Shown in pieces: positions 12,601 through 25,056 of a stretch of 64,000 bases of DNA. Within the stretch, counting starts at the first letter, position 1; every line of letters begins with the position of its first letter. The notes under the pieces were generated by a model. It searched no databases. It was not told the origin of the DNA and saw only the letters and a program-made list of their open reading frames with translations. Position numbers and translations under genes: made by a program. Source of the stretch: Amoebophrya sp. A120 (Eukaryota > Protista > Dinoflagellata); assembly GCA_905178155.1 (NCBI GenBank), contig CAJINV010000001.1, positions 8,949,865 through 9,013,864 of the forward strand, written 5' to 3'.

Positions 12601-15282
12601 GGTGAGGAACGTCTGCGTCGAGCGGACCCGCTTGCGCTGGCTCTGGTGGATTGGTTCGTCATTCGCACCTTCATGATCAGGAGCCGAGTTGTGGTCAACG
12701 AGTGCACTACTTTTTTCTTGCTTCTCTTGTTCGTCCACCGCCACTGTACACGGCTCAGGCGATCGATCCGGGCAGACGACGTCATCCGGGATGACTTCTA
12801 GTGGTGCAAAGACAGAGGAAAATCCGTCGTCTTGGTCTGCACCATTTTTACCTCCGCTGTTTTTCATCGCAACACTGCTCCCGTGTTTGACGGCACGGGT
12901 CCTGTGGTAGTTTCTCTTGCTCGGTTTAGTGCCATTTTTGGGACCGAAAGTCATACTGGAATCGTCATGCCGCTCCACAAGCCGACTTGTATCGTACTGA
13001 TGTGGATTTACTATTCGCTGTTGTGTCACCTGTCCCGCTCCTGGTGTACCTTCGCTTGCTGAAAGTTCCACTGCATCAACTGCTCTTGCTTTTCCCTCCG
13101 CGGCGGAGAGCGATTCTGGCGCCCGAAAATGAGACTCGTCTTCAAGTTCTGGGGATTTGAAGAATGATGCTCCTGTGGTGTGAGAATGTTGTAGTCCGCC
13201 TGTTGCACCAAAAGCAGCGTAGTGCGTCGAGGAGCTGCTGCAGCTGCTGCCCGCCGGACTGGCCCTACTCGCGTCTTCGCGCTGGGTGACGCTGAAATCT
13301 ACCCCGGTTGCTGCGGCGCTGCGCACCCCGAAAGAGGTCGCCGTAGTGGTATGATGGAAGCTGCTGCACAGCGTCGACGCAGTTACATACCCGGGGTGCG
13401 GTGCTGCAGACTGTGACTGGTGGAAAGGGTTTAGTATTTCTGGGCTACGACCTTTATCAAAGGGTTTGTTCTTTGTTTCACCACTTTCACCAGCAGTAGA
13501 GATTACTTCCGGATGATGAAGATGAAAAGACGAGTTGTCTCGCTGTGTTAGCATGCTGGTGCTGGTCGCCGTATTTGAAAATGCATTATGATCCGTAGTG
13601 CTGTGGCCAGCCCCACTGTTGAATCCGTCTGTTAGCGTGCCCTCGGGGAATTCTCGACTGCCGAGCAGGAAGGTGGAGGTCGTGCGCAGCTCGGTTTCAT
13701 TCTTTGGCTCCGGAGACCGCCCGAAAGTCAGACTGTGTTGCAGCTCCTCGAAAAATGGGTCGTGAGAGTTGTTGTGCACTAGGTTCATCTTCATCCTTGA
13801 CGCACTTGTTCCTGTCGTGGTCCCGAGCTCTGCTCCTGCTTGCCTTCTAGTATGATCTTCGTGTACACCTACACCTCGCTCCGCTCTTGCGGGGGGAAGG
13901 ATGTCAACGCGCTGCGCAGCAGCAACGAGCTGGCTGGTTGCCAGAAGCTGCACTGATTCCGTCATGGAACCGGAAGCAAAGCTGTTTTCGTCTTCTTTTT
14001 CCGTACGCCACGACGGTGGAAGTGGTGACCTGCTTTGTAGAACATGGCGTGATTGTGGTCCGTGATGTAGTTGACCGCGGCCAGACGACGAGTGCCTCTC
14101 ATGGTTCTGGCCCGCCTGCTCAGGGTGGTGGAGCTTATTTCTGTTCATCTTGTACGGACTGCCACTGTGACTGTGGTGGCGCAATTCTTCTTGTCCTTCG
14201 GCTTCATCTTCACCCGTCCTCGTGCCGCGCTTCTCGCGATGGAAATCTTGAGATGCTCTGTGGAATTCGGTCGCGTAGTGGAACTGTGTGCGGTCGTGAA
14301 AACGAGTACCCAGGTAGGTTCGCATCTGGGTCGCACTTTCCGATCGCACAGGCTCTGGTGTTGCGCCGGAATGAAAGTGCGGGATGCTGAAATCATCTCC
14401 TTCGTCGAGATCGGCATGAAACTGTGTTGCCGTCAATGAATCAGCGGAACTACGCCCCAGTTGTTTATTGCCCTGCTCACGAAGCCCGCCCAAAGAACTA
14501 CTCGATCCAGAAGCAGATGCGTGGCCGCGGAGGTTCGCTGTGGGTGCGGTACTATGTGGACCACCAAAATCGTGCGCATACAGGTTCTTCGCTGGCGGCA
14601 GAGCCACCGGAGCTATTCGCGAGGTAGAGGGAGCGGACGGTCCTCCACTGGCTCCGAATTTACTGGTGTCCCCCGCCCCGGGCGGAAGAAGCGAAGTGGT
14701 CGGCACTTGTGCTGTAGTAGCATTGGAAAAAAAGGAGGGCCGTTTGCTTGGGAAAACGCGCTGCTGGTGCTTGCTGGCACCGCTCGTCGCTGTGGTGCAA
14801 CTGCTGCTGCCGCTCCCCGGACCTGTGCCTGCATGGTGATTCTCCAGGTGCGCTGAAGAGGAATTCTGGCCCGACAAATCATGTCCCTGCTTTTTACGAA
14901 GCTGGTAGAAGCGTCCCGCGGGACTCTTGCATGGTTCCGTCTTCGCAGGACTGGGGTGGTTCCCCGCACTGCCAACCGAAGCGGTGCGCCGCTTGACGTT
15001 CTCGCCGGAGATCGGACGCAGTTTGCTTCGGTTCAAATTGTTGCGGTGCGCCTGAAAGCGCGGCACTGCATAGTGCCGTTTTGTAGCGCCGAGCGCAACG
15101 GTGTTGTTTCCAAGCGCCACAGGGTTCACGTGGGCGGAGGTTGACGAGTTCCCGGTGGCCGCGAACGCTTTGGCATCGCGCACGATCGCAAGTGGGCTCT
15201 GAGCGGTCGCGGCGCTCGTAGAGCTGCTGCGAGTTCCGGGCTCACGCATTTTTTTTATCACTCCTTTTAGTTGCGTTCCCAA
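9646..15282 (-). CDS. STE11/MEKK-like MAP kinase kinase kinase with a very long low-complexity N-terminus
   Basis: 1878-aa ORF with a C-terminal kinase domain: WIKGDPVGCGSLGTV, AVKEV, YLEFMPGGS, HRDIKGAN, DFG, TGSIPWMSPD, DIWSLGC. Start codon uncertain. Confidence 0.9.
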   Translation of the reverse strand: MGTQLKGVIKKMREPGTRSSSTSAATAQSPLAIVRDAKAFAATGNSSTSAHVNPVALGNNTVALGATKRHYAVPRFQAHRNNLNRSKLRPISGENVKRRTASVGSAGNHPSPAKTEPCKSPAGRFYQLRKKQGHDLSGQNSSSAHLENHHAGTGPGSGSSSCTTATSGASKHQQRVFPSKRPSFFSNATTAQVPTTSLLPPGAGDTSKFGASGGPSAPSTSRIAPVALPPAKNLYAHDFGGPHSTAPTANLRGHASASGSSSSLGGLREQGNKQLGRSSADSLTATQFHADLDEGDDFSIPHFHSGATPEPVRSESATQMRTYLGTRFHDRTQFHYATEFHRASQDFHREKRGTRTGEDEAEGQEELRHHSHSGSPYKMNRNKLHHPEQAGQNHERHSSSGRGQLHHGPQSRHVLQSRSPLPPSWRTEKEDENSFASGSMTESVQLLATSQLVAAAQRVDILPPARAERGVGVHEDHTRRQAGAELGTTTGTSASRMKMNLVHNNSHDPFFEELQHSLTFGRSPEPKNETELRTTSTFLLGSREFPEGTLTDGFNSGAGHSTTDHNAFSNTATSTSMLTQRDNSSFHLHHPEVISTAGESGETKNKPFDKGRSPEILNPFHQSQSAAPHPGYVTASTLCSSFHHTTTATSFGVRSAAATGVDFSVTQREDASRASPAGSSCSSSSTHYAAFGATGGLQHSHTTGASFFKSPELEDESHFRAPESLSAAEGKARAVDAVELSASEGTPGAGQVTQQRIVNPHQYDTSRLVERHDDSSMTFGPKNGTKPSKRNYHRTRAVKHGSSVAMKNSGGKNGADQDDGFSSVFAPLEVIPDDVVCPDRSPEPCTVAVDEQEKQEKSSALVDHNSAPDHEGANDEPIHQSQRKRVRSTQTFLTYTTSPIDEEKQSGIRPLEGPGDVDSELVHHTNDDDRQDAPLGTSRQRMHAQDQGGEAGKSAHLPGQTVPDLESNKSSSFHEEDNINPLDSSWGKSNASSDVENASSTGRPARSNCGPDNVPDKVDSDPVLIGSNVASGTSSTSSSSSSSSKLSNQNSASFSAIPASAHVNGHLQGRNRDCATSEPVTDDGKSLQLLSAGPTTQAQGVGTSTKNMEAVQWNGKENFEDVVTTLTTSSRPPSLPVALSICTAEEDLVRARDFEKPAELDHSPTSRPRLISPSKQHFEKKLLKMNHDLSASSSPESSSPAPSDADHTTAGLLLRGTLSSRGAVELYPSDMLARIDDINLAPQPCGIFRDIVVAPDDHTRQGGNASDEMNKINRTRRDEVDTKQKTGATCQEVDSSSAASSSCSSPSSSAASSSASSASSSSASATTEAGGAPGLNVASVLPTSSRSASAAHSSRGGSSSSASTSSSSSVTEQERTGLKAVEEEHQAGSDALFPPAAAFQQWPASRDESTHEIKLHPRRPPLLGEFADEAGSRHNPTFHGEGRTTRSARDVEDHSQAVGEDDDPTRQISEAIEVDVSHAFGAFPPSSAGALGATKNPLEERSGDESHGRNAGSGRAERGEEHSASDGRPDRWLDDGEKSVTPCEQTPAPQPTLQPAFSGTATASSGFRLTATSNLGGTMRSTGGLRRRNKLISGSLYRWIKGDPVGCGSLGTVFKALDTETGKLLAVKEVSLHDATDLVKKNLDGELNSYRSLRHDAIIQYLGHETMTLDGQDVLFIYLEFMPGGSLSAVIHTFGPLDESLVRVYCRQLLRGLAYLHERNFIHRDIKGANILVGLNCCVKLSDFGCAKQIMSRSGDQMCAQTMTGSIPWMSPDVMKGTPYDTKADIWSLGCLLIEMASGRAPWSELCFDNNIAMLMRIAMTDDVPEIPAHLSATARNFVARCLTRDPQKRPTAKELLLHDFVQKTDEVVADAGGEENT

Positions 15283-15928
15283 CTACCAATTAACCTGAGC
15301 GCTGAAGAGGTGCGTGCTAAGTACAAACATACAATTTCGTTTTTGATGCATGCACTCCTCCAGAAAAAAACGATAGACAACATGATCCTGCCAACTACGC
15401 CAGTGCGTCGCTGACCTGATCATTACCTCATGACGCTGTGTGTCATGGCTCTGCTGTAGTCACGAAACTCATCTCGTTCAACTCACCTTCCGTAGGCACG
15501 CCACTCAGTAACGATCTCACCCCACCTCTGTAACTCAAAGCTACAACTCGATAGAAAACGAAAACAATCAATCGCGAGGGAAAGCTGCGTCTTGCATCTA
15601 CTTGGAGAAACCTCTAGTGTTGCTCGCAAGTAAACGAATCCGGCGTAAATGGAAATTCACTTTTGCGAGCACGAAGAGTGCCGGGTAAACTCGCTATGGT
15701 ACACGCATTATGAAGCGGTGCATTTTTGTACACTTTTGGTAGGTTTACCTTCTGCTTGTTTCTTGGTACAGTGGAATACATAAACATTCATTGTGATTGT
15801 AGTGTCGTTGGTATACAATTCACATTTTTTTACATTTACAGGTCCGTCGCCGGTCTGCTTTCTCTTCTAGCTGGTATGTTTCTGCTTCCGTTCGGTATCT
15901 CGCACAAGCAAAACCTGAACCTAAACTT

Positions 15929-17245
15929 TCACGTGCCTCCAGCTCCAGAGCTCTTCACTGCGTCTGCTGCTGCGCTTGCCTGTCTGTCCTTTTCGAGATC
16001 TTCGAACTGCTCATTCGCTGCCTTTTCTTCCGCCAGTTTCTTCTGTCCTGTCTTTTCCTCTTCCGACGGCGAAAACCCGGCCTCGCGCTCCGCCGCTTCG
16101 ATCTCTTTAGACGTTTGCTTCATGGACTTTGGGCCTTTTGCTTTTTCTCCAGCGGTGTTGAGTGCGTGCTTTGCCATATCGAGCTCGCTCTGAATGGATT
16201 TCTTCAGCAGTTCGCGTCGTTGAACTTCTGCCGCGTCTGGAGTTTCGCCTACGTCGAGTTTTGCATTTTCCAACTCATCTTCGCTTTCGAGGTTATCCAA
16301 CAGATTCTCCGTCAGTTCCACGCAGCTTCCCAGCAAACGCAGCAGTGTTGCCTGCTTCTCCTTGTCGGATTGCTCGAGTTGTCCGCGAACCTTTGCGATT
16401 TCTTCCAGCAGTGCCTCCATTCCGTTCGTGTCGTCTTTTTTCGCCTCGCCCCCGGCCGCAAGCGCGTTGTCGATCCGCTGCAGCTGCGAGCGTAGCATGC
16501 CGGTGCGGGCGGATTCGCAGTCGCCCTTTCCCTCGGCGGTCTCTTTGGAAACATCGAGCATGTGTGCCAGTTGCTCTCGTCGTTTCTGCAGGGAAGACTG
16601 CAGCTGTTGTGCGGCAGTAGCGGCATTGGCGGCGCCCGCTCCGGCTTCGATGGTTTTTGCGGCTGTTTGCTCATTTTTCGCTGTGGCAAGCAGGTGCCTT
16701 AGACGATGCACTTCTTGCTCGCTGCACGATACCACATTCCCGACTTGCTTGACAGTGTAGCTTTTTCTTTTTTTCCACTTTTTCTTTTTTGGACAGCTGC
16801 CTGAATCTTTTTCCTCTTCTTCGGTGTCCTTCTCTGGATGGTCAGGATCGACGACGTCGGACTTAATCGTTTCTGCTACCGAAGAGGAGGGCGCAGTCTT
16901 AGCTAGCGCCGCACTGGGGGTACGACGCCCGACGAGCTTGTGCCGGACTTTTTCCATACTTTCCTGCAAAAACGAGGTGGCCGCGGAAAAGTACTCTAAG
17001 ACTTCGAATGGACCACTCGGGGTAGTACTCGACGCCCTCTCTTGCTTGGTCCTCTTGCTCTGGAATTTGATCTGGTCGGCGTCCTCCTGCCTAGCCTCGC
17101 GTCGCAGCATCCTTCTCCGGGTTGGCGGTCCAGTTTGTTCGTGATCGTTTGAAGATAAGTCGCTAGCCTTAGCGATAGTTGACGAGATCGCAATCGTCAT
17201 GTGCAACCCACAGCAAAGAAACAACAACAGACCAAAGACCGACAT
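15929..17245 (-). CDS. hypothetical secreted coiled-coil protein
   Basis: 438-aa ORF with a signal-peptide-like N-terminus (MSVFGLLLFLCCGLHMTIA) and an E/K/Q/A-rich heptad-like C-terminal half. Confidence 0.75.
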   Translation of the reverse strand: MSVFGLLLFLCCGLHMTIAISSTIAKASDLSSNDHEQTGPPTRRRMLRREARQEDADQIKFQSKRTKQERASSTTPSGPFEVLEYFSAATSFLQESMEKVRHKLVGRRTPSAALAKTAPSSSVAETIKSDVVDPDHPEKDTEEEEKDSGSCPKKKKWKKRKSYTVKQVGNVVSCSEQEVHRLRHLLATAKNEQTAAKTIEAGAGAANAATAAQQLQSSLQKRREQLAHMLDVSKETAEGKGDCESARTGMLRSQLQRIDNALAAGGEAKKDDTNGMEALLEEIAKVRGQLEQSDKEKQATLLRLLGSCVELTENLLDNLESEDELENAKLDVGETPDAAEVQRRELLKKSIQSELDMAKHALNTAGEKAKGPKSMKQTSKEIEAAEREAGFSPSEEEKTGQKKLAEEKAANEQFEDLEKDRQASAAADAVKSSGAGGT

Positions 17246-18332
17246 GCTTTTTATCCTCTTGCGCTCGAGATCGAATTCGCATGGATATGAAATTTTTCCT
17301 CTACATTTTTCAAACTGAAAATTGACTAAATACTTGGCTCATTTTTCAACACAAGATCCAGGCAGGGCACATAGGTTTTCCTCACTGTAGCTCCGAGATG
17401 AGGACACACTGCTTTTTGCTAACAACACACTTTACCTCTCATTTGTTCTAACTAATGTCGAATCAATGCTCACGAAAATGACGAAGATGACGAGCAGACT
17501 TCACGATCACGACAACATTCGCTCCTGCTAGTGCGATGAACGATAGATCATGTGATCAAGAAACTAACGCCCCCAGCTCTCCCCCGATGCTAATCGCTCG
17601 AGAAACATCAAATGAAGAGCCAAAACATGATCAGTTTCCACGCGATTCGAAAATGATTTCATGGTAATTCACATTCAGGCTCAGCTCGGTCGGCGTTATT
17701 CGCTATTTCTACTCACTGTGACAATTACTTATGCATGTATCAGTGTCGTGGACGGAGCAGCTCACGGTTAGGTGCTCGCCAAGGAAAGGGTCCAAACTAA
17801 GTCATGAAAGAAAAAAACGTATATCAAAGTGAAACTACTAGTACAGGTACAGATAATTGAAATGACCACAGGCAACTTCTCGCAAAATCATGATCAACAT
17901 GCGCCAACATCTCTACAACTACAACACATTCATATTCGCCATTGATTTGTAGTGCTCAATTGATCCATCGATTGATTGCAGAATTTATGTTTTAGCATAA
18001 GGCCGTGCCTAGTAGACTGATTGCAGCATCAAAAAGAATCTGCACTGGTGGAGTGCGAAACCGTGTTTGAAACGATATCAGGGCGGCTGAAGCTCAACAA
18101 TAATCACTAATTTTCTGGAAACACGTATATGGCGAGATCGAGCATCACCATAACGAATGAAATGATAAAAAAATACCGCAGCTGCGGAACAAATCGTACA
18201 TTGCGTGCTGACGTTGATCTGGAGTAGCATCTTCAACATGCAAATTTGAAATAGAATTTAGAAACTGAAACAGAGAAGTCAAACGCATCGGCACTAATAG
18301 CGAACCTCGCTACGAATTCGGACAGATGAACA

Positions 18333-21300
18333 TCAAACGGCGACGAAGGCATGCTGCAGCAAAGCGACGGCACTGGGCCTCGCGGCGGCCTCCCGAACCA
18401 AACAGGCACGCACGAACGCAAGCGACTCCCTCTTGTCGGCGACCTGCGGAATTTCGGGCATGCCGCCCGCTTGAGAGATGACGTAGAACGCGTGCAGCAG
18501 GTTGTCAAACTTGTACTGGTGCCAGGGGGGTTTCCCGGTGGCCATTTCCAGGATGCAGCAGCCCACGCTCCAGATATCGATCGCGGACGACGGTTGCTCG
18601 CCCGCAAGCACGTCCGGCGCCATGTAGGGCAGCGTGCCCACGATCAGCGAGCTCTTTTCCAGAAACAAGCTCCCTAACTGCTTGCTGCAGCCGAAGTCCG
18701 CGATTTTCAGCGTGCCGTCCTGCGCAAGCAGCAAATTTGCGGTTTTCAAATCGCGGTGGATCACCGTCTGGGCGTGCAGGTACGCCACCCCCGAAAGCAG
18801 TTGGCGACAGTACTTCTGCGTGAGCAAATCATCAAAAGCGCCGAAGTCTAGCAACTGCTGCTTGATGCTTCCTCCACTCAGGTACTCCAGGTAGATGTAC
18901 AGCCGCTCGATCTTGATGTGCGGCTGCTGCTCGACGGTCGTGTCTTGCTGTTGCTGCTCTGCATCTCGACCATTTTTTCCTTGGTGGTCCGATCGAGAAA
19001 GGTCGTCGCGCACTTCTCGACCCGTGTTGCCGCTGCGTGAACTATTTGTCCAGCTACCACTATTCCTGTTCTGCTGATCCACCTGGTCTTTGTCTCTGTC
19101 TGCGCTTGCAGTATTCTCCTGCAGGCACGGATCAAGAAGATCTGCCCCGGGGGGCCCGGCTTCCTCACCTTCAGACTTGTTCTCGTCATTCGCGACTACT
19201 CTGGGCGAACTTTTACTGCTCATCGTGTCCTTGTTCACCTGCTTGCTCGTCCCGCTCGTTGGATGCGTGTGGCCGGGGACTTCGTGTCCCAAGTAGGTGA
19301 CAATGTGGGGGTGCGACATGCCCCGCAGCAGTCGCAGCTCGGTTTCCAGGCTCTCCAGGTTCTTGTCGTCCTCCGCTTGCGCGTTGAAGTCGTTCTCTGG
19401 AGGAGGTGGCGGCAGGAGAATTTCCTTGACCGCAATCAAAAACCCGGTCTCGTTCTCCATCGCAAGGAACACACGGCCGAACTGGCCCATGCCAATGGTC
19501 TTCCCGGGTTTCAGGTCACGCTCAAAACAGATGTCCAGCACGTCGTGGTGACGAACCTGCTCTCCGGACGCGTCGGAAAGCGCGTCAATGGCCGCGCGTG
19601 ACGACCGTCGCGACCCCACCGTCGGGGTGCTGTCGAGCGTTCCCGTGTAGATGGAGCTGCGACGGGAGCTGGAGTTCGAGGGAATGGCAATCGACGACCT
19701 CCGGCTGCTGCCGTTGGAAGGAATCAGCAGGTTGTTGTTCGCGCCATTCGCGGGCACCGCATTGGAACTGGTGCCGTTGTGCGCACCGCCGAAAACATTC
19801 GGACTAGACATGCTGGTCGGGGGGCCCACGTTGGCGCCGAGCGCTGATGGGGCGCCGAGGAACTGTTGCGAAGATTTGGTTGGCGGACTGCGATCCCCCG
19901 CATTCCCTGGAAGATCGTGCTGCGCGGAGGGTCGGCTCACGCCGCCGAGGTCGGCACTTTTGTGTTGGTGTTGTGAACGATCATGCCTATCGTGGCCACG
20001 CTCTCCCGCACTGGCGCCCGCACCTTCAGCCTGGTTTACAACCGCACCTCCGCCTGCAGGGTGCTGAGGTATTTTGGGTACTATTCCCGCAGGTCCGAAA
20101 ACAGCGGCGCTTGACTGCGATTTTCGCTGAAACTCCGCGAGCATGGCCATTTCGTTGCGCACGGTGACCACAGCTGTTGTCGGGCCCATCAGAGCCTGGC
20201 CTATGGAATGCTCGATCGACTGCAAGTTGTCAGCAGTGAGCGATAGGGACGCGTTCTTGAGCGTTTTATTTTCCTGCTCCGCCTGGTGTTGTCCACCGCC
20301 ACTCTTCTCCCCGAGCAGCGTGGCGTTGCCCCGACTTGTTGCTTCCACTGCAGTTAGTTCATCGCTTTTGTTGTTTGGTTCTACGTGCGCGCTTTCGTGC
20401 TCGATGTGTATAATTGGAGTCCCGCCGTCTCCGCCGGAGGTGCGGGATTCCAGTGTCAAAATTTGCTGTGTTGGGTTTACGTCCGTGGAACTGCCGTCTG
20501 GGTAAAACGGCGCCACCAAGCTCCCGCTCCGTGTCCGGCTGCTGAAGCCGTGCGGACTGCCGGGCGTTCGCGGCGAGCCGAGGTTCGAACCCGCGTCGGA
20601 CGGAAGAAAGCCGCTCTGCTGCCCACTGCGCACGATCGCATCCCGAATGCTTTCCCCCGGAAAACGGCCGTGACTAGAGTAGGAGTCCGCGGGTTGCAAC
20701 CGGGATGAGGACACCAGAGACATCCGCTGTGTCTGTGCGTTTGGCGACATTATCTCCGCAATCGAGACTCTCGGCGACCCGGTCCGCGAATTCTGTAACC
20801 CAGCAAGCGCGGCGTTCCCACCAGAAGGAGCGCCATTCACATTCATGTTCATCACGTTCAACCCCCCGGCCTGCTGCTGCGCGCCCAAATTCAGATGCTG
20901 CAATTTAGAAGCGGTAAGAGAAGTGATGTTGCCCTTCTGCCCGGTAGTTGCCCGCGGGGAGATAGCCCCAGCTGGCAGAGCCTGGGACACGGACGGCGAC
21001 GGCGATCGCACGCTTCTACCGCTGTTGATATCGTACTCTTCGTCCGTTGCAGAAGACGACTCCTCCTCTTCCTGCTCCTCCAGGATGATGCTGTGCCTCT
21101 TCCGCTGCGGTTGCCCTTGCGGCTGCTGCGCTGCTCCTGCTCCTGTCCCCCCATTGATCGCAGAAGTGCTACTGCCTGCTCCCGGTGCAGCCCCGCCACG
21201 GGCCGCGCGCTTGATGGCGGAGAGGACCGAACTGTTTTTGGGCGAGTCCGCGTCGTTGACACTAATCACGCTGATCTTCTGAATCTCCGGGATGTTGGTG

Positions 21301-24082
21301 CGGATCTGCGTGTGCACCACCTCCGAAAACCGCCGGTTGATTTTGTCCTGTTCGGGTGGCTTAGGCCGATTTCGCGTCTCCAAACCCTCCGTCGCAGCGC
21401 GCAGGATTTGTTTGTTCCGCGGAAAAGTTGTGGAAGACGTGACACTGCCGGGGGAGTTCTGCTGCGACGATGGGGAAATTTCAGCTGCCGGTACAACAAC
21501 GTTGCTGGTTGTCTCTGGGTTTGCCTCAACTGCTTGATCGTGATCCGATTGTTGAGCGTCACTCCTGCCTCGACCACTATCGGAATGTAGTGCCCCTCCT
21601 TGAACACCCTCGTCTGGCACGATCTCAATAGACCGCGGCGCTAATGTTGGGGAGGATGTCTCTCGCTCTTCGGAGGCCGACGGAGTCAATTTGTCTTCCA
21701 GGTGGGCGTGCATCCCCTTGCAGTCGTCTTCATTCTGGTCGAGCAAACTCGTGTTCAGGACAGCCGACACGGACGTCGGCGAGGCCTCGGACACGCTTTT
21801 CTCAGGCGTGTGGAACAGGTGTTGTGCGTTGTCGTAGGCGCTGGCCGCGGCAGCGGCGCGATGGGCTGTGGGCGAGCTTCGCAAGGAGTTGTGCGGAATC
21901 GGCATGCCGGTAGCCTCATCCGGGGTCAGAAGCCGGTCCTTAGGCCGCGAGGGAGTCGATAGAATCTGGACTCCGTCTTCTTTTTCCCGTTGTTTCTGCA
22001 GTTTTTCCAATTTTTCGAATAGCCCGCCTGCAGCGAGCTCCTGTTCGACTGGGTTTGAAAAGCTGTTGTGCTTCTTCGCTGGTGCTTTGCCAGACGAGAG
22101 GTCCGTGACTGTAGTTGTGTCCTGGCTCTTTTTCAGGTTTGCTTGCTTGTTTTCGTCGTAGTCCTGCACCTGGAGCAGCGTCTGCACAGGGTGGTTGTCT
22201 CGGTGCGAGCCCGAGATTCGTCGCCCGCCTGTCTCGATCATTTTAGAAGAAGTAGATGACTGCTGGTTTGCTGCGAGAACCAGGCTGTTGCCAGAACCAA
22301 CAGAGCTATAGTCGGTACTTCCAACATCAGCACCAACTACCGGCGCATGTTGAAGATCCTCGCCAGATTCAATTCTCGTTGCAACTACAGATCGTCCGGA
22401 AAACCCTGGCCTAGTCGTGGACGTGCTGCTGCGAGCCGGCGAAGGCTGCAGAATATCGTCCGTTACAACTGCAGTCTCGACTACATTTGTCGGCGCACTA
22501 AGATCACCACCCGCCCCTGTTTTTTTCACGACCTCGCCGGTGTCCACATCAAGATCCGCATTTGTCCTCGAGTGCGTTGCTTGCGGGATGTGCTCTTTCG
22601 ACCGGGAGCTGGTTACAACGATGCCGCTCAGCCCGCGTAGAACCCGCGACCCGCGCGATGACGGCGACGAGGACTTCCCGCCCGGACTCGCGATCCCACC
22701 CGGCGCCATCGCCGCAAAACTCGGCGGGACTCCGCTGGGCCGCCGGGAGCTGGGCACCGTGCCGGCGACACTTAGCGCTTGCTCAATCGGCTTACGGGAT
22801 GAAACCACCTCTAACTTGTCGGCGTCGCGAGGCGTCAGCGGCAGAACGCGGGTCGGACTGGGGATCGCAGACGACCCTTTGGTCGATTTCGAGCTCACGC
22901 GGGAGTATTCCTCTCCGAAAGTCCCGCCCGGCGTCCGCGTTTTCGTCTTGCGCGGCGAGGAGGACGCGGAAGTTTTGTTCGCGCCCGCCCCGATTCCCGA
23001 GACCATCAACACTGGAGCGACAATCGGCTTATTCGATACAATTGCGCCACCCGTCGCACCTTTTGAGGACGCCTTGGGCTGATGAAGATGCACCGCAGAA
23101 GTACCTGCAACGCTCGTCGTGGTATTAGCAGTGAAGCTCACCACTGGCGTAGTTTCCACCAGTACTGCTGCATTGCTGCCGCCATTTGGGTCGTCCGAAA
23201 AACCACTTTTGGTGGCGATATTAGGTCCATCGGTCCTACCGACTCCCCGGGCGCTAACCGCATCATGCTTCTGTTCGTCGACGACAAAGTTGGACTCCTT
23301 AACAAGTCCGCTGTGCAGCTCTCTTTCCCGATTTTGACTGCTGCTTGTGGGCGAGGCCTTCGATGACGGCACCGCTTTGGTCCACCTAGGGTCGCTGTGG
23401 TGTGCCCGGCGCTGCTCTGATGATATTTTGCCGACAAAACTGCCATCGGTTCTGTACCCGTACGGAGCCAGCTTGTTGACCAAATTCTCCAGCTTCTGGC
23501 CGGCCTCAGTTGGGGATGTTGAGTAGGAGAGTTGCGCCGGTTGTTGCCCGGGAAGATGAGTAGAGGTTCCTCCCGGAGAGGTCGAAGTCGGGGGCGCGCC
23601 CTGTATTATACGTCGACTCCGAATCCTTTGCCCCGCTGGAGACGACTCTTCTTGTGGTTGCAGTCCTGCTGCAACGCCGTCATTGCTTCCCGTGCTTCCA
23701 TAGTGACCACCCTGTGGGGAGCAAGTCGCTGAGCCGCCGACCTCTCGTTGCTGTTGTCATTTGAACGTTGTTGTCTGCTATCTTTAGTGTACTCCGCAGG
23801 GTGATGCAAGAACAATCGAGCTCTTTCTCCGTGCAAGTCTTCCGATGATATCTTCAACATCATCAAGAAAATATTAGATATGCGAGAGTCACTACAACAC
23901 TGTACCAGCGGTGGTAGGTTGACCCGAGGACTGCAGTTACTGTCGAAGTCTTCGACCACGATCGGGGCTGCGTCCGGTGGCGTCTTGGGCCGGGAGACCG
24001 GTTCAGACGCGGCGGGCTGCCGGATTTTCCGGGCCCTCGGCGAATGGTGGGTGCCATAATTCGGCGACCGCGCCGCACTCAT
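18333..24082 (-). CDS. second STE11/MEKK-like MAP3K; kinase domain carries a large insert
   Basis: 1716-aa ORF 18333..23483 with IGMGQFGRV, AVKEI, YLEYLSGGS, HRDLKTAN, DFG, GTLPYMAPD, DIWSVGC. The frame stays open upstream of 23483; a probable first exon starts MSAARSPNY at 24082. Confidence 0.88.
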
Positions 24083-25056
24083 GGTTCGATGCTTTTCGCC
24101 GAGGATAAAATTCACACTCTTGGAACGCTTCGAAAGTAGAAGTTGGCTCAAGGAAGTAGGAGGACGAAAGCAGGAGAAAAAAATGTAATTTTCGTGAGAA
24201 AAAATTCAAGAAACCACGAGAGCATAAGGCACTTTCTTCAAAGAAGACCAGCAGATGCTGATGCTGTGAACTGTTCGGCGGTAGCTCTCTTCCCTGATCA
24301 TGGAACCACCAACCGGAGAAAAAAAGCTGACTTTCGCCCAGTGATCTGCAAAATTAACAAAACAGGGCAAAACCGTTGTCGTTGATCGCACTGATACTTT
24401 CACTATAAAAAAAAGAGATCTACATCATGGTTCTCCCAGCTGATCCGCAAAAATCTACCCCTTTGGAATAATTTTCCTTCAGAAGAAAGCAAAAACGGGA
24501 AAACTAACCACCCGGCGACCATCCGCCAGCAGCGCCCGCAGTGACGCTGACGTCTCGGCACAACCACCCTCATCGGGTATTTTTCGTTCTCCTTCCATTT
24601 TGATTTTTGTGTCCAATGTTCTCTGTCGCCAAAACAACTCCAGAAACAAGTTCTGCTCATGGTGAAGCAACCCCGCGTGGGGCAGCATGAACTTCACTTC
24701 TGAATCTGATTCGGTTGCTACATACTTACCATAATATTCCAATCGGTATCGGTGAATCGGAGCAATCACGCATAATCGTTGATACTAATTCCTATTGTCT
24801 CCTTTTGAACTGAGAGTAAAACCTGAAAGTATAACAAGACTGAAATGCCTGCAATTTGTGTTGCAAATGTAGACGAAACTTTGTACAGGAAAAGTTTCAA
24901 CAATTCGTAAAAATCGGTATCACAAGACCTGCTCGTTGATATCGTTTTACCTTTTCTTGTGCAGCAGAGCTTGAAGTACTTACATCAATCAGAACTGCAC
25001 TAGAAAAGAAGTTTCGCTCCCGCTCGGGTCATTCGCTACCTTCCCGCGGGAAGTGG

